64,000 bases of DNA from Gaiellaceae bacterium (GTDB lineage: Bacteria; Actinomycetota; Thermoleophilia; Gaiellales; Gaiellaceae), in NCBI GenBank assembly GCA_036278975.1, contig DASUKC010000089.1, positions 15,140-79,139 of the forward strand, given 5' to 3'. Position numbers and translations under genes: made by a program. A model generated the notes under the pieces. That model was not told the origin of the DNA, searched no databases, and saw nothing but the letters and a program-made list of their open reading frames with translations. Of this stretch, positions 47,027 through 54,696 are shown piece after piece (position 1 is the first letter of the stretch; the number at the start of each line of letters is the position of its first letter).

Positions 47027-47395
47027 GGCCAGCAGCAGCGCCGCGACGTCCAGCCCGCGATGCGCCGGCGCAAACGGCATCAGGCGCTTCAGCGCCTTCA
47101 CGCGCTGCCGCTCGGCAGCAACGGGGCGTCCACGCCCGCGCTGGTACGCCGAGACGACCACGTGCACGAGCCCTTGGAAGAAGTCGCGCTCCTCGTCGGT
47201 GCACGCGCGCCACGCCGTCTCGAACGCCTCGTGCGCCTCGAAGTACGAGCCGTCGCGCGCGAGCGCGAGGCCGCGTTGGTATTCGGACGAAACGGTGGTA
47301 GGGTCGCGATCAGGTATGGCGACGATCCTGCTTTGTGGGGTCGACCTCTTCGTCCGCGGAAAGCTCGAAGCTTCTCTGCCGGCGCATCGGCTCAT
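46916..47395 (-). CDS. DUF309-domain protein (start uncertain)
   Basis: ..YQRGLALARDGSYFEAHEAFETAWRAC..ERDFFQGLVHVVVSAY.. The only start codons (ATG 47395 / GTG 47398) overlap the divergent gene by about 80 nt. The 3' end overlaps ccdA by 110 nt. Confidence 0.45.
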   Translation of the reverse strand: MSRCAGREASSFPRTKRSTPQSRIVAIPDRDPTTVSSEYQRGLALARDGSYFEAHEAFETAWRACTDEERDFFQGLVHVVVSAYQRGRGRPVAAERQRVKALKRLMPFAPAHRGLDVAALLLALERAEPDVRQRLVQSVAEPRVAVEEEQQPEHDERRP

Positions 47396-47630
47396 CACGA
47401 GCGACGGCGTCGACGCTCCCGAGGTCGTCATCTGCGACATCGCGCGCATCGATCCCGACGACGTCGCCGACACGTATCCCGACGTCCCAATTCTGGGCTA
47501 CACGAACCACACGGATACCTCCGGGTTGCAACGCGCACATGCCGCGGGCTTCGACCAGGTCGTCGCGAAGTCGGCGCTGTTCGAGCGCACCCAGGAGCTG
47601 ATCGACCAGCTGCTCGCGTCGGTAGAGTAG
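47316..47630 (+). CDS. single-domain receiver (CheY)-like protein
   Basis: MATILLCGVD..VVICDI..ILGYTNH..VVAKS follows the beta-alpha pattern of REC, with the D, T and K positions present. Confidence 0.5.
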   Translation: MATILLCGVDLFVRGKLEASLPAHRLITSDGVDAPEVVICDIARIDPDDVADTYPDVPILGYTNHTDTSGLQRAHAAGFDQVVAKSALFERTQELIDQLLASVE

Positions 47631-47636
47631 GCCGCC

Positions 47637-47942
47637 GTGACGTACATCATCGCTGAGCCCTGCATCGACATCAAAGACCGCTCATGCGTCGACGTATGCC
47701 CTGTCGACTGCATCCACGAGGCCGGCCGCATCCTCGTCATCGATCCCGAGGAGTGCATCGACTGCGGTGCATGCGAGCCGGAATGCCCGGTGGAGGCGAT
47801 CTTTCCGGAGGACGCGTTGCCGGAAAAATGGCAGGCGTTCGTGCGAATCAACTACGCATATGGCGAGGGCATGGCGACCGTCGACAAGCTCACCGACGAG
47901 TATGCGACCGAGCACAACGTTCAAAATCAGCCGCTCGAGTAA
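47637..47942 (+). CDS. fdxA: 7Fe ferredoxin (3Fe-4S / 4Fe-4S)
   Basis: [44 protein letters not shown]. Confidence 0.93.
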   Translation: MTYIIAEPCIDIKDRSCVDVCPVDCIHEAGRILVIDPEECIDCGACEPECPVEAIFPEDALPEKWQAFVRINYAYGEGMATVDKLTDEYATEHNVQNQPLE

Positions 47943-47957
47943 GAGTTGCAAGTCGTG

Positions 47958-47988
47958 CGACGTCGACGTCGGCGTTCGTTTTCCTTTT
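47958..47988 (+). terminator. terminator-like palindrome after fdxA
   Basis: cgacgtcgacgtcg (perfect palindrome) followed by gcgttcgttttcctttt. Confidence 0.5.
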
Positions 47989-48083
47989 CAGCAACGTGCA
48001 GGGATTGCAATGCTGTCCGCGTTGCGCGCTAAAAACCAACGTGGTAGGGATCGTCCACGCAACTCAGACCCAGGAGGTCGTAG

Positions 48084-48686
48084 ATGACCCAGGAGGATTG
48101 GAGCGTTACCAGCGCGGCGCCTGACGCCGAAGCTGGTGCGCCCACCGAAGGGTTCGAGCCGGAGAGCGGGCAGCTTGAAGAGGCGCCCCGCGCAATCCCG
48201 GCCCGTACGCGCTCCTCGTCGAGGTCCAGCAAGCGTTCGTCTGCAAAGAAGAAGACGACTGCGAAGCGTAAGACCGCGGCGAAGAAGACGACGGCAAAGC
48301 GGAAGACGGCGGCCAAGCGCGCGCCGGCGAAGCGCAAGTCGACGGCGAAGCGCAAGTCGACGGCGAAGCGCAAGACCGCGGCGAAGCGCGCCCCGGCGAA
48401 GCGCAAGTCGACGGCAAAGCGCAAGTCGACGGCAAAGCGCAAGACCGCTGCCAAGAAGTCGACAGCCAAGCGCAAGTCGGCCGCAAAGAAGCGCGCGCCG
48501 GCGAAGCGCAAGTCGACTGCCAAGCGCAAGACCACGGCGAAGCGCAAGACGGCGGCGAAGCGTGCCCCGGCGAAGCGCAAGTCGACGGCGAAGCGGGCAA
48601 CGGCCAAGCGCCGTCCCGCGAAGCGCAAGACGACCGCGAAGCGGACGGCCAAGCGCCGCACCGCCAAGCGGCGCGCCAAGCGCTAG
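48084..48686 (+). CDS. Lys/Ala-rich histone-H1-like repetitive protein (putative nucleoid-associated)
   Basis: Acidic 50-aa N-terminus, then about 25 copies of AKRK(S/T)(T/A). Perfect AGGAGG SD. Confidence 0.8.
   Translation: MTQEDWSVTSAAPDAEAGAPTEGFEPESGQLEEAPRAIPARTRSSSRSSKRSSAKKKTTAKRKTAAKKTTAKRKTAAKRAPAKRKSTAKRKSTAKRKTAAKRAPAKRKSTAKRKSTAKRKTAAKKSTAKRKSAAKKRAPAKRKSTAKRKTTAKRKTAAKRAPAKRKSTAKRATAKRRPAKRKTTAKRTAKRRTAKRRAKR
48321..48458 (+). repeat. two 69-bp higher-order tandem units within the Lys-rich gene (18-nt AKRKST periodicity spans about 48235-48683)
   Basis: 48321-48389 and 48390-48458 each encode AKRAPAKRKSTAKRKSTAKRKTA, with only a few synonymous differences. Confidence 0.85.
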
Positions 48687-48710
48687 TCGCTAGCAAGCAC
48701 ACCGTCTCTT

Positions 48711-48737
48711 GGGGGTCCTGCGATCTGCAGGGCCCCC
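48711..48737 (+). terminator. hairpin after the Lys-rich gene
   Basis: gggggtcctgc / gcagggccccc (11 bp, 1 mismatch) with a 5-nt loop. No T tract. Confidence 0.4.
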
Positions 48738-48795
48738 GAGGGCGGATCTGTATGGGTGGAACATTGGCCGCACCCCCGTCGTTATCCTCGGGGCG

Positions 48796-49458
48796 ATGGA
48801 GCCGAAGACACTCGATCACGTTGCGTACTGGGTCACGGACCGCGATGTAATCGCGGCGTTCCTGGAGCGGCACGTCGGCATGCACGTCATCGACCGGCAG
48901 GACCGGTTCACGCTGATGGGCAGCAACGCCCGTCGCGGGAAGCTGACGCTGTTCGACGCGGACGGCCCGCGCGAGCCCGGCGTGCTGAAGCACGTCGCGC
49001 TGCGCGTGTCGGATCTCGCGGCGGCGCGCGCGTCGCTGCCTGAGGGCGCACCCGACGTGTTCGACGCGGGCGGGGGTGTCGTGCTGACGCTGGTCGAGGG
49101 CGACACGGACATCGACTACGACCTGGATCACGTCGCACTGTGGTCGTCGGACCCCGAGGCCACCGCCGGGGAGTACGAGCGCTATGGGTTCGAGCGGGTC
49201 GGGCCGGCGCGTGTCGAGGTCGGCGGCGCGCATATCGAGTTTCACCAGGGTGAGGTTCGCGAGTCCGACCAGCCGCTGCTCAATCACATCGCGGTGCTGG
49301 TCGACTCGGCCGACGATGTCATCGCTGACGCGACGGACCTCGGTATCGAGGTCGAGTCGGTGGTCGATGCGGCGAATACGTACGCGGCGTTTCTCTGGGG
49401 TCCCGAGCGCGTGCGCATCGAGTACGTCGAGCACAAGCCGACGTTCTCCTTGACGTGA
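48796..49458 (+). CDS. VOC (glyoxalase/bleomycin-resistance/dioxygenase) family protein, two-domain
   Basis: MEPKTLDHVAYWVTDRD.., ..LKHVALRVSDL.., ..LDHVALWSSDPE.., ..LNHIAVLVDS. Confidence 0.78.
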   Translation: MEPKTLDHVAYWVTDRDVIAAFLERHVGMHVIDRQDRFTLMGSNARRGKLTLFDADGPREPGVLKHVALRVSDLAAARASLPEGAPDVFDAGGGVVLTLVEGDTDIDYDLDHVALWSSDPEATAGEYERYGFERVGPARVEVGGAHIEFHQGEVRESDQPLLNHIAVLVDSADDVIADATDLGIEVESVVDAANTYAAFLWGPERVRIEYVEHKPTFSLT

Positions 49459-50534
49459 CGGTTGTCGTCGCGGGGGCCGGGATGGCCGGCCTCGTCGCGG
49501 CAGCGAGGTTGCGCGAGTTGGGCATCGCTGTTGACGTGCGCGAGAAGGGCACGCGGGTCGGTGGGTCGATGCTGCTCTCGTCGTGCGTCATTTGGCGGCA
49601 TCGCGAGTGGGATGAGTTTCGCCGCGAGTGCCCCGGCGGCGACGAACGGCTGCAGCGGCTCGTGTGGGAGCGGCTCGACAGGGCCATCGAGTGGTTGGGC
49701 TCGCTCGGAGCGCCGGTTGTGTGGGAGGAGTCCGGTAACCCGCGTACGGTCGGCAAGCGCTTCGATCCGCGCGGCCTCGCGGAGACGCTGGCCGGCGAGG
49801 TGTCGCTCGGCGAGCCGCAGATCGATGCGGGGGAGCCGACGATTCTCTGTACCGGTGGCTTCGCTGCGTCGAGCGAGCTCGTTGCGCGGTACGTCGCGCC
49901 GGCTGCGCCGCTTCGCCTGCGCGCGAACCCGTGGTCGGCGGGTGACGGTCTCACGCATGCCCTCGAGCGTGGCGCGAGGCTCACGGGCGGGCTCGGCGAG
50001 TTCTACGGCCGCAACATGCCGGACGCCGCGTGGGACGAGACGCAGCTCGTATCGCTGTCGCAGCTCTACGGACGGTACGCGCGCATCTTCGACGAGGACG
50101 GTGTCGAGTTCTTCGCGGCGGACGACGTCTCGTGGTCGGAGACGAACGTGGTGCAGGCGACGGCGCGGCGCCCCGGCGCGCGCGCGTACTACCTGCTGAC
50201 CGAGGAGGCGTTGCGCGAGCGCGTGCGCGACCGGACGGTCGCCGAGATGGTGGAGGCGGCGCCGGCCGAGGCGCGTGTGCCGTTGCAAGATCTGCCGTTT
50301 GCGCCGCCGGAGGGAGTTGTGGCAGCAGTTCGCGTCGTCGCGTCGATCACCCACACGATCGGCGGTCTCGCCGTCGACGATCGCGCACGCGTGCTGCGCG
50401 AAGACGGTTCGGCGATCGACGGGCTCTGGGCCGCCGGCGTCGACGCCGGCGGTGTTTCGACGGGCGGCTACGCCAGCGGCCTTGCGCAGGCCCTCGTCCT
50501 CGGTCTCGCCGCCGCCGAAGACGCCGCGCGCTAG
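49455..50534 (+). CDS. FAD-binding oxidoreductase (FAD_binding_2 / fumarate-reductase-flavoprotein-like)
   Basis: VVVAGAGMAGLVAAARLRELG..V.EKG..GGS (GxGxxG dinucleotide fold) and C-terminal ..GLWAAGVDAGG. Confidence 0.82.
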   Translation: MTVVVAGAGMAGLVAAARLRELGIAVDVREKGTRVGGSMLLSSCVIWRHREWDEFRRECPGGDERLQRLVWERLDRAIEWLGSLGAPVVWEESGNPRTVGKRFDPRGLAETLAGEVSLGEPQIDAGEPTILCTGGFAASSELVARYVAPAAPLRLRANPWSAGDGLTHALERGARLTGGLGEFYGRNMPDAAWDETQLVSLSQLYGRYARIFDEDGVEFFAADDVSWSETNVVQATARRPGARAYYLLTEEALRERVRDRTVAEMVEAAPAEARVPLQDLPFAPPEGVVAAVRVVASITHTIGGLAVDDRARVLREDGSAIDGLWAAGVDAGGVSTGGYASGLAQALVLGLAAAEDAAR

Positions 50535-50540
50535 CGATCC

Positions 50541-50612
50541 GGGGACAGGCAGGTACCAGGTACGTACCAGGTGGGGGACAGGCAGGTACCAGGCAGGTAC
50601 CAGGTTGGGGAC
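50541..50612. repeat. imperfect ~32-bp tandem repeat carrying four phased GTACCAGG motifs
   Basis: GGGGACAGGCAGGTACCAGG occurs twice, plus a third GGGGACAG. GTACCAGG starts at 50553, 50564, 50586 and 50597 (spacings 11, 22, 11). Confidence 0.85.
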
Positions 50613-50673
50613 AGTGACGTGCCGAAACCGCGCCGAAGTTCCCACAGCCGCAATCGCTGTGGCGGTGCGGGTT

Positions 50674-50711
50674 CTGAGCTAGGCCGCGCCGACTGAGCTA
50701 GGCCGCGCCGA
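50674..50711. repeat. perfect 19-bp tandem duplication covering the stop codon of the 62-aa ORF
   Basis: ctgagctaggccgcgccga x2 (50674-50692, 50693-50711). Confidence 0.9.
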
Positions 50712-50886
50712 CGGAGAAGACGCAGACGCGCGCGTCGCCGGGAAGCGGCGAAGCGCCGACTTTGTTGACGACCAGCTGGCGCCCATCGTCCTCGAAGCGG
50801 TGGCCGACGGGTGGCGGGTCGCCCTGCTCCGTGCGCAGCGTGTAGCCCGCGGGCGACCAGACCATCAGCAGATAACCGTCGCTCAT
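50698..50886 (-). CDS. hypothetical small protein (62 aa) downstream of the histidine kinase
   Basis: High GC3. ATG lies 11 nt after the kinase stop. No recognisable family. Confidence 0.4.
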   Translation of the reverse strand: MSDGYLLMVWSPAGYTLRTEQGDPPPVGHRFEDDGRQLVVNKVGASPLPGDARVCVFSVGAA

Positions 50887-50897
50887 CGGGCCGAACT

Positions 50898-51533
50898 CTA
50901 ACGACGCGTCGCGTACGGCGGCAGCTTCACGACCACGCGCGTCCCGCCGCCCGCCTCGGGCTGCACCGCGACCTCGCCGTGCAGCTGCTTCACGCGCTCC
51001 TCGATCACCTCGAACGAACGGCGACGGCGCTCCGGCTCGGCGTCGTCGACGATCGTCGCCTCGACACCACCGTCCGGCGTCGCGTGCAGCGCAACATCGA
51101 CACGGGAGGGAGGGCCGCGGCGAACCGCCTGGTCGAGCAGCTCGCGCACGATCGTGTAGAGCGCGATCTGCGCCGTCTGGCCGAGCTCGCCTGACGACTC
51201 CGCGTCGACCTCGACGCGCACACCGTGCAGCTGGCCGATCTGGGACGCGAGCTCGTCGAGCGCCGGCCCAAAGCCCCGGTCGCGCAGCACGACCGGCTCG
51301 AGCGCGAACGACAGCCCGCGCAGCTCGCGAATCGTCTCGCGTTGCCGTTCGAGCGCGGAGGTGAGCACCGCCTTCGCCTCCTCGTTGCTGCCGGCGGAGA
51401 TCGAGGCGAGCGCCGCGTCGACCATCAGCGCGATGCCGGCGAGGTGCTGCACCGGCCCGTCGTGCAGGAACAGCGCGATGCGGCGGCGCTCGTCCTGCTC
51501 CGCCGAGATCAGCCGATCGAGTGACTCAGTCAA
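50898..51533 (-). CDS. soluble HisKA_3-type histidine kinase core (no sensor or TM domain)
   Basis: ..AEQDERRRIALFLHDGPVQHLAG.. (H box) and an HATPase_c region. Only 211 aa. 8-nt overlap with the regulator gene. Confidence 0.82.
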   Translation of the reverse strand: MTESLDRLISAEQDERRRIALFLHDGPVQHLAGIALMVDAALASISAGSNEEAKAVLTSALERQRETIRELRGLSFALEPVVLRDRGFGPALDELASQIGQLHGVRVEVDAESSGELGQTAQIALYTIVRELLDQAVRRGPPSRVDVALHATPDGGVEATIVDDAEPERRRRSFEVIEERVKQLHGEVAVQPEAGGGTRVVVKLPPYATRR

Positions 51534-52149
51534 TAATCGCCTCGCGAAGCGCGATCGCGACCGCGTGCGTGCGCGTATCCGCCTCGAGCTTCGTGAGGAT
51601 GTGGCGCACGTGGCTCTTCACTGTCTCCTGGGAGATGAAGAGCTTGCCCGCAACGTCTGCGTTCGAGAGACCGTCGGCGAGCAGCTGCAGAATCTCGCGC
51701 TCGCGCGTCGTCAGCATGTCGCCCGAGTCCTTGCCCGTGAAGAACGCCGGCATCAGCGCGGGGTCGACGTACCCCTCGCCCTGCGCGACCTTCTCGATCG
51801 CGCGCACGAGCGTTTGATGAGGCGCCTCCTTGAGGATGTAACCCTTCGCGCCCGACTCGAGCCCGCGTGTCAGCAACGAGCGCTCCGAGAACGCGGTGAA
51901 GATCAGCACCTTCGACTCCGGTGCGCGCTCGGCCAGTAGCTTCGTCGCCTCGAGCCCATCCATGCCCGGCATGCGCACGTCCATGATCACGACGTCCGGC
52001 TTGCGGCGCTCCGCCAACTCGACCGCAGTGGCGCCGTCACCCGCCTCGCCGACGACGCGGATGTTCGGCGCGCGCGAGAGCGAGAGGCGAAGCCCCTCGC
52101 GAACCACCTCGTGATCGTCGACGATCAGCGTCGTGATCTCGTCGGCCAT
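51526..52149 (-). CDS. NarL/LuxR-family response regulator
   Basis: LIVDDHEVVREGL..VVIMDVRMPGMDG.. plus LTTREREILQLLADGLSNADVAGKLFISQETVKSHV. Confidence 0.93.
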   Translation of the reverse strand: MADEITTLIVDDHEVVREGLRLSLSRAPNIRVVGEAGDGATAVELAERRKPDVVIMDVRMPGMDGLEATKLLAERAPESKVLIFTAFSERSLLTRGLESGAKGYILKEAPHQTLVRAIEKVAQGEGYVDPALMPAFFTGKDSGDMLTTREREILQLLADGLSNADVAGKLFISQETVKSHVRHILTKLEADTRTHAVAIALREAIID

Positions 52150-52158
52150 GGCGCGAGT

Positions 52159-53076
52159 CTATGCCGTGAGCAGCGAAAGTTGGCGATCCCGCTCCGGCGG
52201 GCGTAGCGGCTCGGGCCGCCGGTCGCGGATCCCGTGCTCCCGTGCCAGCGTCCGCACAGTCGCGCGAACAGGGTCGGCCTCGGCGCTCTTCAGGTACGCG
52301 CCGCCCGCGTAGAGCCGCTCGTACTCAGGCAGCAGCTCCGGCCAGTCGCGCGAAAGGGAGTCGAGGAAGTGCTCGCGCGTGCCCGGCCGCAGGTAGAGCA
52401 GGTTCGCCCAGATGCCGCACGCACCGGCGTCGCGCGCTGCGCGGACGACCTCGGCGAGCTGCTCGGGACGGTCGGACAGCCCGGGGAGGATCGGCGCCAT
52501 CCCGACGGAAGCGCGAACGCCCGCATCGACGAGCGTGCGCAGCGCGCGCAACCTCTGCCGCGGCGGGCTTGTGCCAGGCTCCGTGCGGCGCCACACGTCC
52601 TCGTCGAGCGTGGGGATGGAGAAGGTCACCGACACGTCGGCGCGCCGGCTCGCCCCGGCGAGCACATCCCGGTCGCGCACGATCAGCGGCCCGCGCGTGA
52701 TGATCGAGAACGGGTTCGCCACGGCCGCGAGCACTTCCAGGCACGCGCGGGTGAGCCGGTAGCGGCCCTCGGCGGGCTGGTACGGATCGGTCGCGGCGCC
52801 GATCACGATCCCGTCTCCCAGCCACGAGCGTCGCGCCAGCTCGCGCCGCAGGACGTCGGCGATGTTCACCTTCACGCGAATCGACCTGCCGTACAACTCG
52901 CCCGACGGGCGGTCGGCGCGTTTCTCGAACCCCCTGACGTAGCAAAAGGTGCAGCGGTGCACGCACCCCATATACGGGTTCAGCGACCACTCGAACGGCA
53001 TGCCGCGGACGCGATTCAAAGCGGCGCGGCAGGGCTCCTCGCGGTATTCGGCCCGCATCGGCCGAGTATAGAACAT
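52159..53076 (-). CDS. radical SAM protein, SplB-like / Rv2578c-family (DNA-repair-photolyase-like)
   Basis: ..LNPYMGCVHRCTFCYVR.. (CxxxCxxC). Confidence 0.88.
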   Translation of the reverse strand: MFYTRPMRAEYREEPCRAALNRVRGMPFEWSLNPYMGCVHRCTFCYVRGFEKRADRPSGELYGRSIRVKVNIADVLRRELARRSWLGDGIVIGAATDPYQPAEGRYRLTRACLEVLAAVANPFSIITRGPLIVRDRDVLAGASRRADVSVTFSIPTLDEDVWRRTEPGTSPPRQRLRALRTLVDAGVRASVGMAPILPGLSDRPEQLAEVVRAARDAGACGIWANLLYLRPGTREHFLDSLSRDWPELLPEYERLYAGGAYLKSAEADPVRATVRTLAREHGIRDRRPEPLRPPERDRQLSLLTA

Positions 53077-53083
53077 ATGTTCG
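53070..53083. promoter_or_regulatory. LexA-type SOS (Cheo) box aGAACatatGTTCg centred on the radical SAM start codon
   Basis: Perfect palindrome GAACATATGTTC at 53071-53082. The minus-strand ATG is 53076-53074. Confidence 0.65.
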
Positions 53084-53170
53084 CCTCGCCGGGAACGTTG
53101 CTATCCTCGGCGAACTGATTCGCGTGGACGACGAACCGCCCAGTACTCACGCCCTCGGGGGCGCACGTCC

Positions 53171-54475
53171 ATGACCTTTGCGCTCGAACTGGTCGCGCTT
53201 GCGGCTCTGATCCTGCTCAACGCGTTCTTCGTGGCGGCGGAGTACGGGCTCGTCACGTCACGGCGCACGCGCATCCTCGAGCTCGAGCACGCCGGCAACC
53301 GGCGCGCGCGGGCGGTGCGCAGGATCACCTCCGACCCTCCGCGTTTCATCGCGGCGATGCAGCTCGGCGTCACCTTCGCGTCGCTGGCGATCGGCGCGCT
53401 CGGCGAGCAAGTGCTCGCGCAGAAGTTCGACACCGTGATGGCGAGCGTGCTCGCCGTGATCATCGCGCTCTTCATCATCACGTTCGTCGAGGTGATCTTC
53501 GGCGAGCTCGTGCCGAAGGGCGTCGCGCTCGGCAATCCGGAGCGAACCGCGCTCGCGGTGTCGACACCGGTGCGCTGGTTCTTCTTCATCGCGAACCCGC
53601 TGATCGCGCTGCTCGAGTGGACGACGGAGCAGGTGCTGAAGGTGCTCGGGCTCAAGCCGCCGGGCGCCGACGACGAAGCGCACTCGGAAGCAGAGCTCCG
53701 CATGTTGCTGTCGAGCTCGGCCGAGCAGGGCGAGATCGAGCACGAAGAGCAGGAGATGGTCAACAAGGTCTTCGACTTCGCCGACAAGGACGTCTCCGAC
53801 GTCATGGTCCCGCGCCCCGACGTCGTCGCGATCTCGATCGACCTGCCGCCCGCCGAGGCGCTGCAAGCAGTCCTCGAGTCGCCGTACACGCGCTACCCGG
53901 TTTTCCGCGAGTCGCTCGACAACGTGGTCGGCGTGCTCCACGTCCGCGACCTGATCTCCGCGATGCACGACCGCGGCATCGCCGCCGTCAACCTCGAGGA
54001 GCTGATCAGGCCCGCGTACATGGTCCCGGAGACGAAGGATCTGGCGGCGCTCCTCACCGAGTTCCGCCGCACGAACCAGCACCTCGCAATCGTGATCGAC
54101 GAGTACGGCTCGGTCGAGGGCATCGTCACGCTCGAGGACCTGCTCGAGGAGATCGTCGGCGAGATCGAGGACGAGTTCGACGTTCCCGACGAGGATGTCG
54201 AGCGCGTCGACGACCACACGGTGCGCGTCGACGGCACGTTCCCGATCGACGACTTCAACGAGCGCTTCGACTGCGACCTGCCGGCCGAGGATTACCACAC
54301 GATCGCCGGCTTCGTCTTCGGCCAACTCGGCCGCGCTGCGGAGCACGGCGACCTGGTCTCGCACGACGGCATCGACTTTCGCGTCGACGAGCTTGACGGC
54401 CAACGCATCGGTCGGCTAACAGTTACCTTCAAGCCGTGGGAACGCCCGCAGGAAATCGAAACGACAGACGACTGA
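53171..54475 (+). CDS. CNNM/HlyC-CorC-family transporter (DUF21 + CBS pair + CorC_HlyC)
   Basis: N-terminal 4 TM (DUF21), ..DVMVPRPDVVAI.. CBS region, and C-terminal ..VDGTFPIDDFNERF. Confidence 0.9.
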   Translation: MTFALELVALAALILLNAFFVAAEYGLVTSRRTRILELEHAGNRRARAVRRITSDPPRFIAAMQLGVTFASLAIGALGEQVLAQKFDTVMASVLAVIIALFIITFVEVIFGELVPKGVALGNPERTALAVSTPVRWFFFIANPLIALLEWTTEQVLKVLGLKPPGADDEAHSEAELRMLLSSSAEQGEIEHEEQEMVNKVFDFADKDVSDVMVPRPDVVAISIDLPPAEALQAVLESPYTRYPVFRESLDNVVGVLHVRDLISAMHDRGIAAVNLEELIRPAYMVPETKDLAALLTEFRRTNQHLAIVIDEYGSVEGIVTLEDLLEEIVGEIEDEFDVPDEDVERVDDHTVRVDGTFPIDDFNERFDCDLPAEDYHTIAGFVFGQLGRAAEHGDLVSHDGIDFRVDELDGQRIGRLTVTFKPWERPQEIETTDD

Positions 54476-54696
54476 CCCGGCTCGCAGAGTTGCGCGAGAA
54501 CGTGCGCGCGACTCCGTCCGCTCCGCCCGTCATGTCGGCGTATCTCGAGAAGGTGCACGCCCACGCGTACCGCATCACGGACGCGGACGTCGACGAGCTG
54601 AAAGACGCCGGTGTCGGCGAGGACGAGATCTTCGAGCAGACCGTTGCCGCAGCCATCTCCGAGGGTCTGCGCCGGCTGGATGCAGTGATCGAATGA
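54436..54696 (+). CDS. small CMD-family-like protein (start uncertain)
   Basis: ..YRITDADVDELKDAGVGEDEIFEQTVAAAISEGLRRL.. resembles the C-terminal helices of carboxymuconolactone-decarboxylase-family proteins. ATGA coupling to the next gene. Alternative starts TTG 54490 and ATG 54532. Confidence 0.4.
   Translation: MGTPAGNRNDRRLTRLAELRENVRATPSAPPVMSAYLEKVHAHAYRITDADVDELKDAGVGEDEIFEQTVAAAISEGLRRLDAVIE

Noticed and set aside
48005-48050. Promoter hexamers upstream of the Lys-rich gene (TTGCAA .. TAAAAA; TTGCGC .. TAGGGA)
   Set aside because: Spacing of 17-19 nt is possible but the -10 candidates are weak or ambiguous. This is not enough to annotate.
48029-48679. 216-aa minus-strand ORF of RFAV/LRFAG repeats
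   Set aside because: It is the reverse complement of the Lys-rich repeat gene. The plus-strand frame has a perfect SD and a plausible protein, and this frame has neither.
50541-50612. Possible CRISPR array
   Set aside because: Only about 2.4 abutting, imperfect repeat units with no spacers, and no cas genes in the window.
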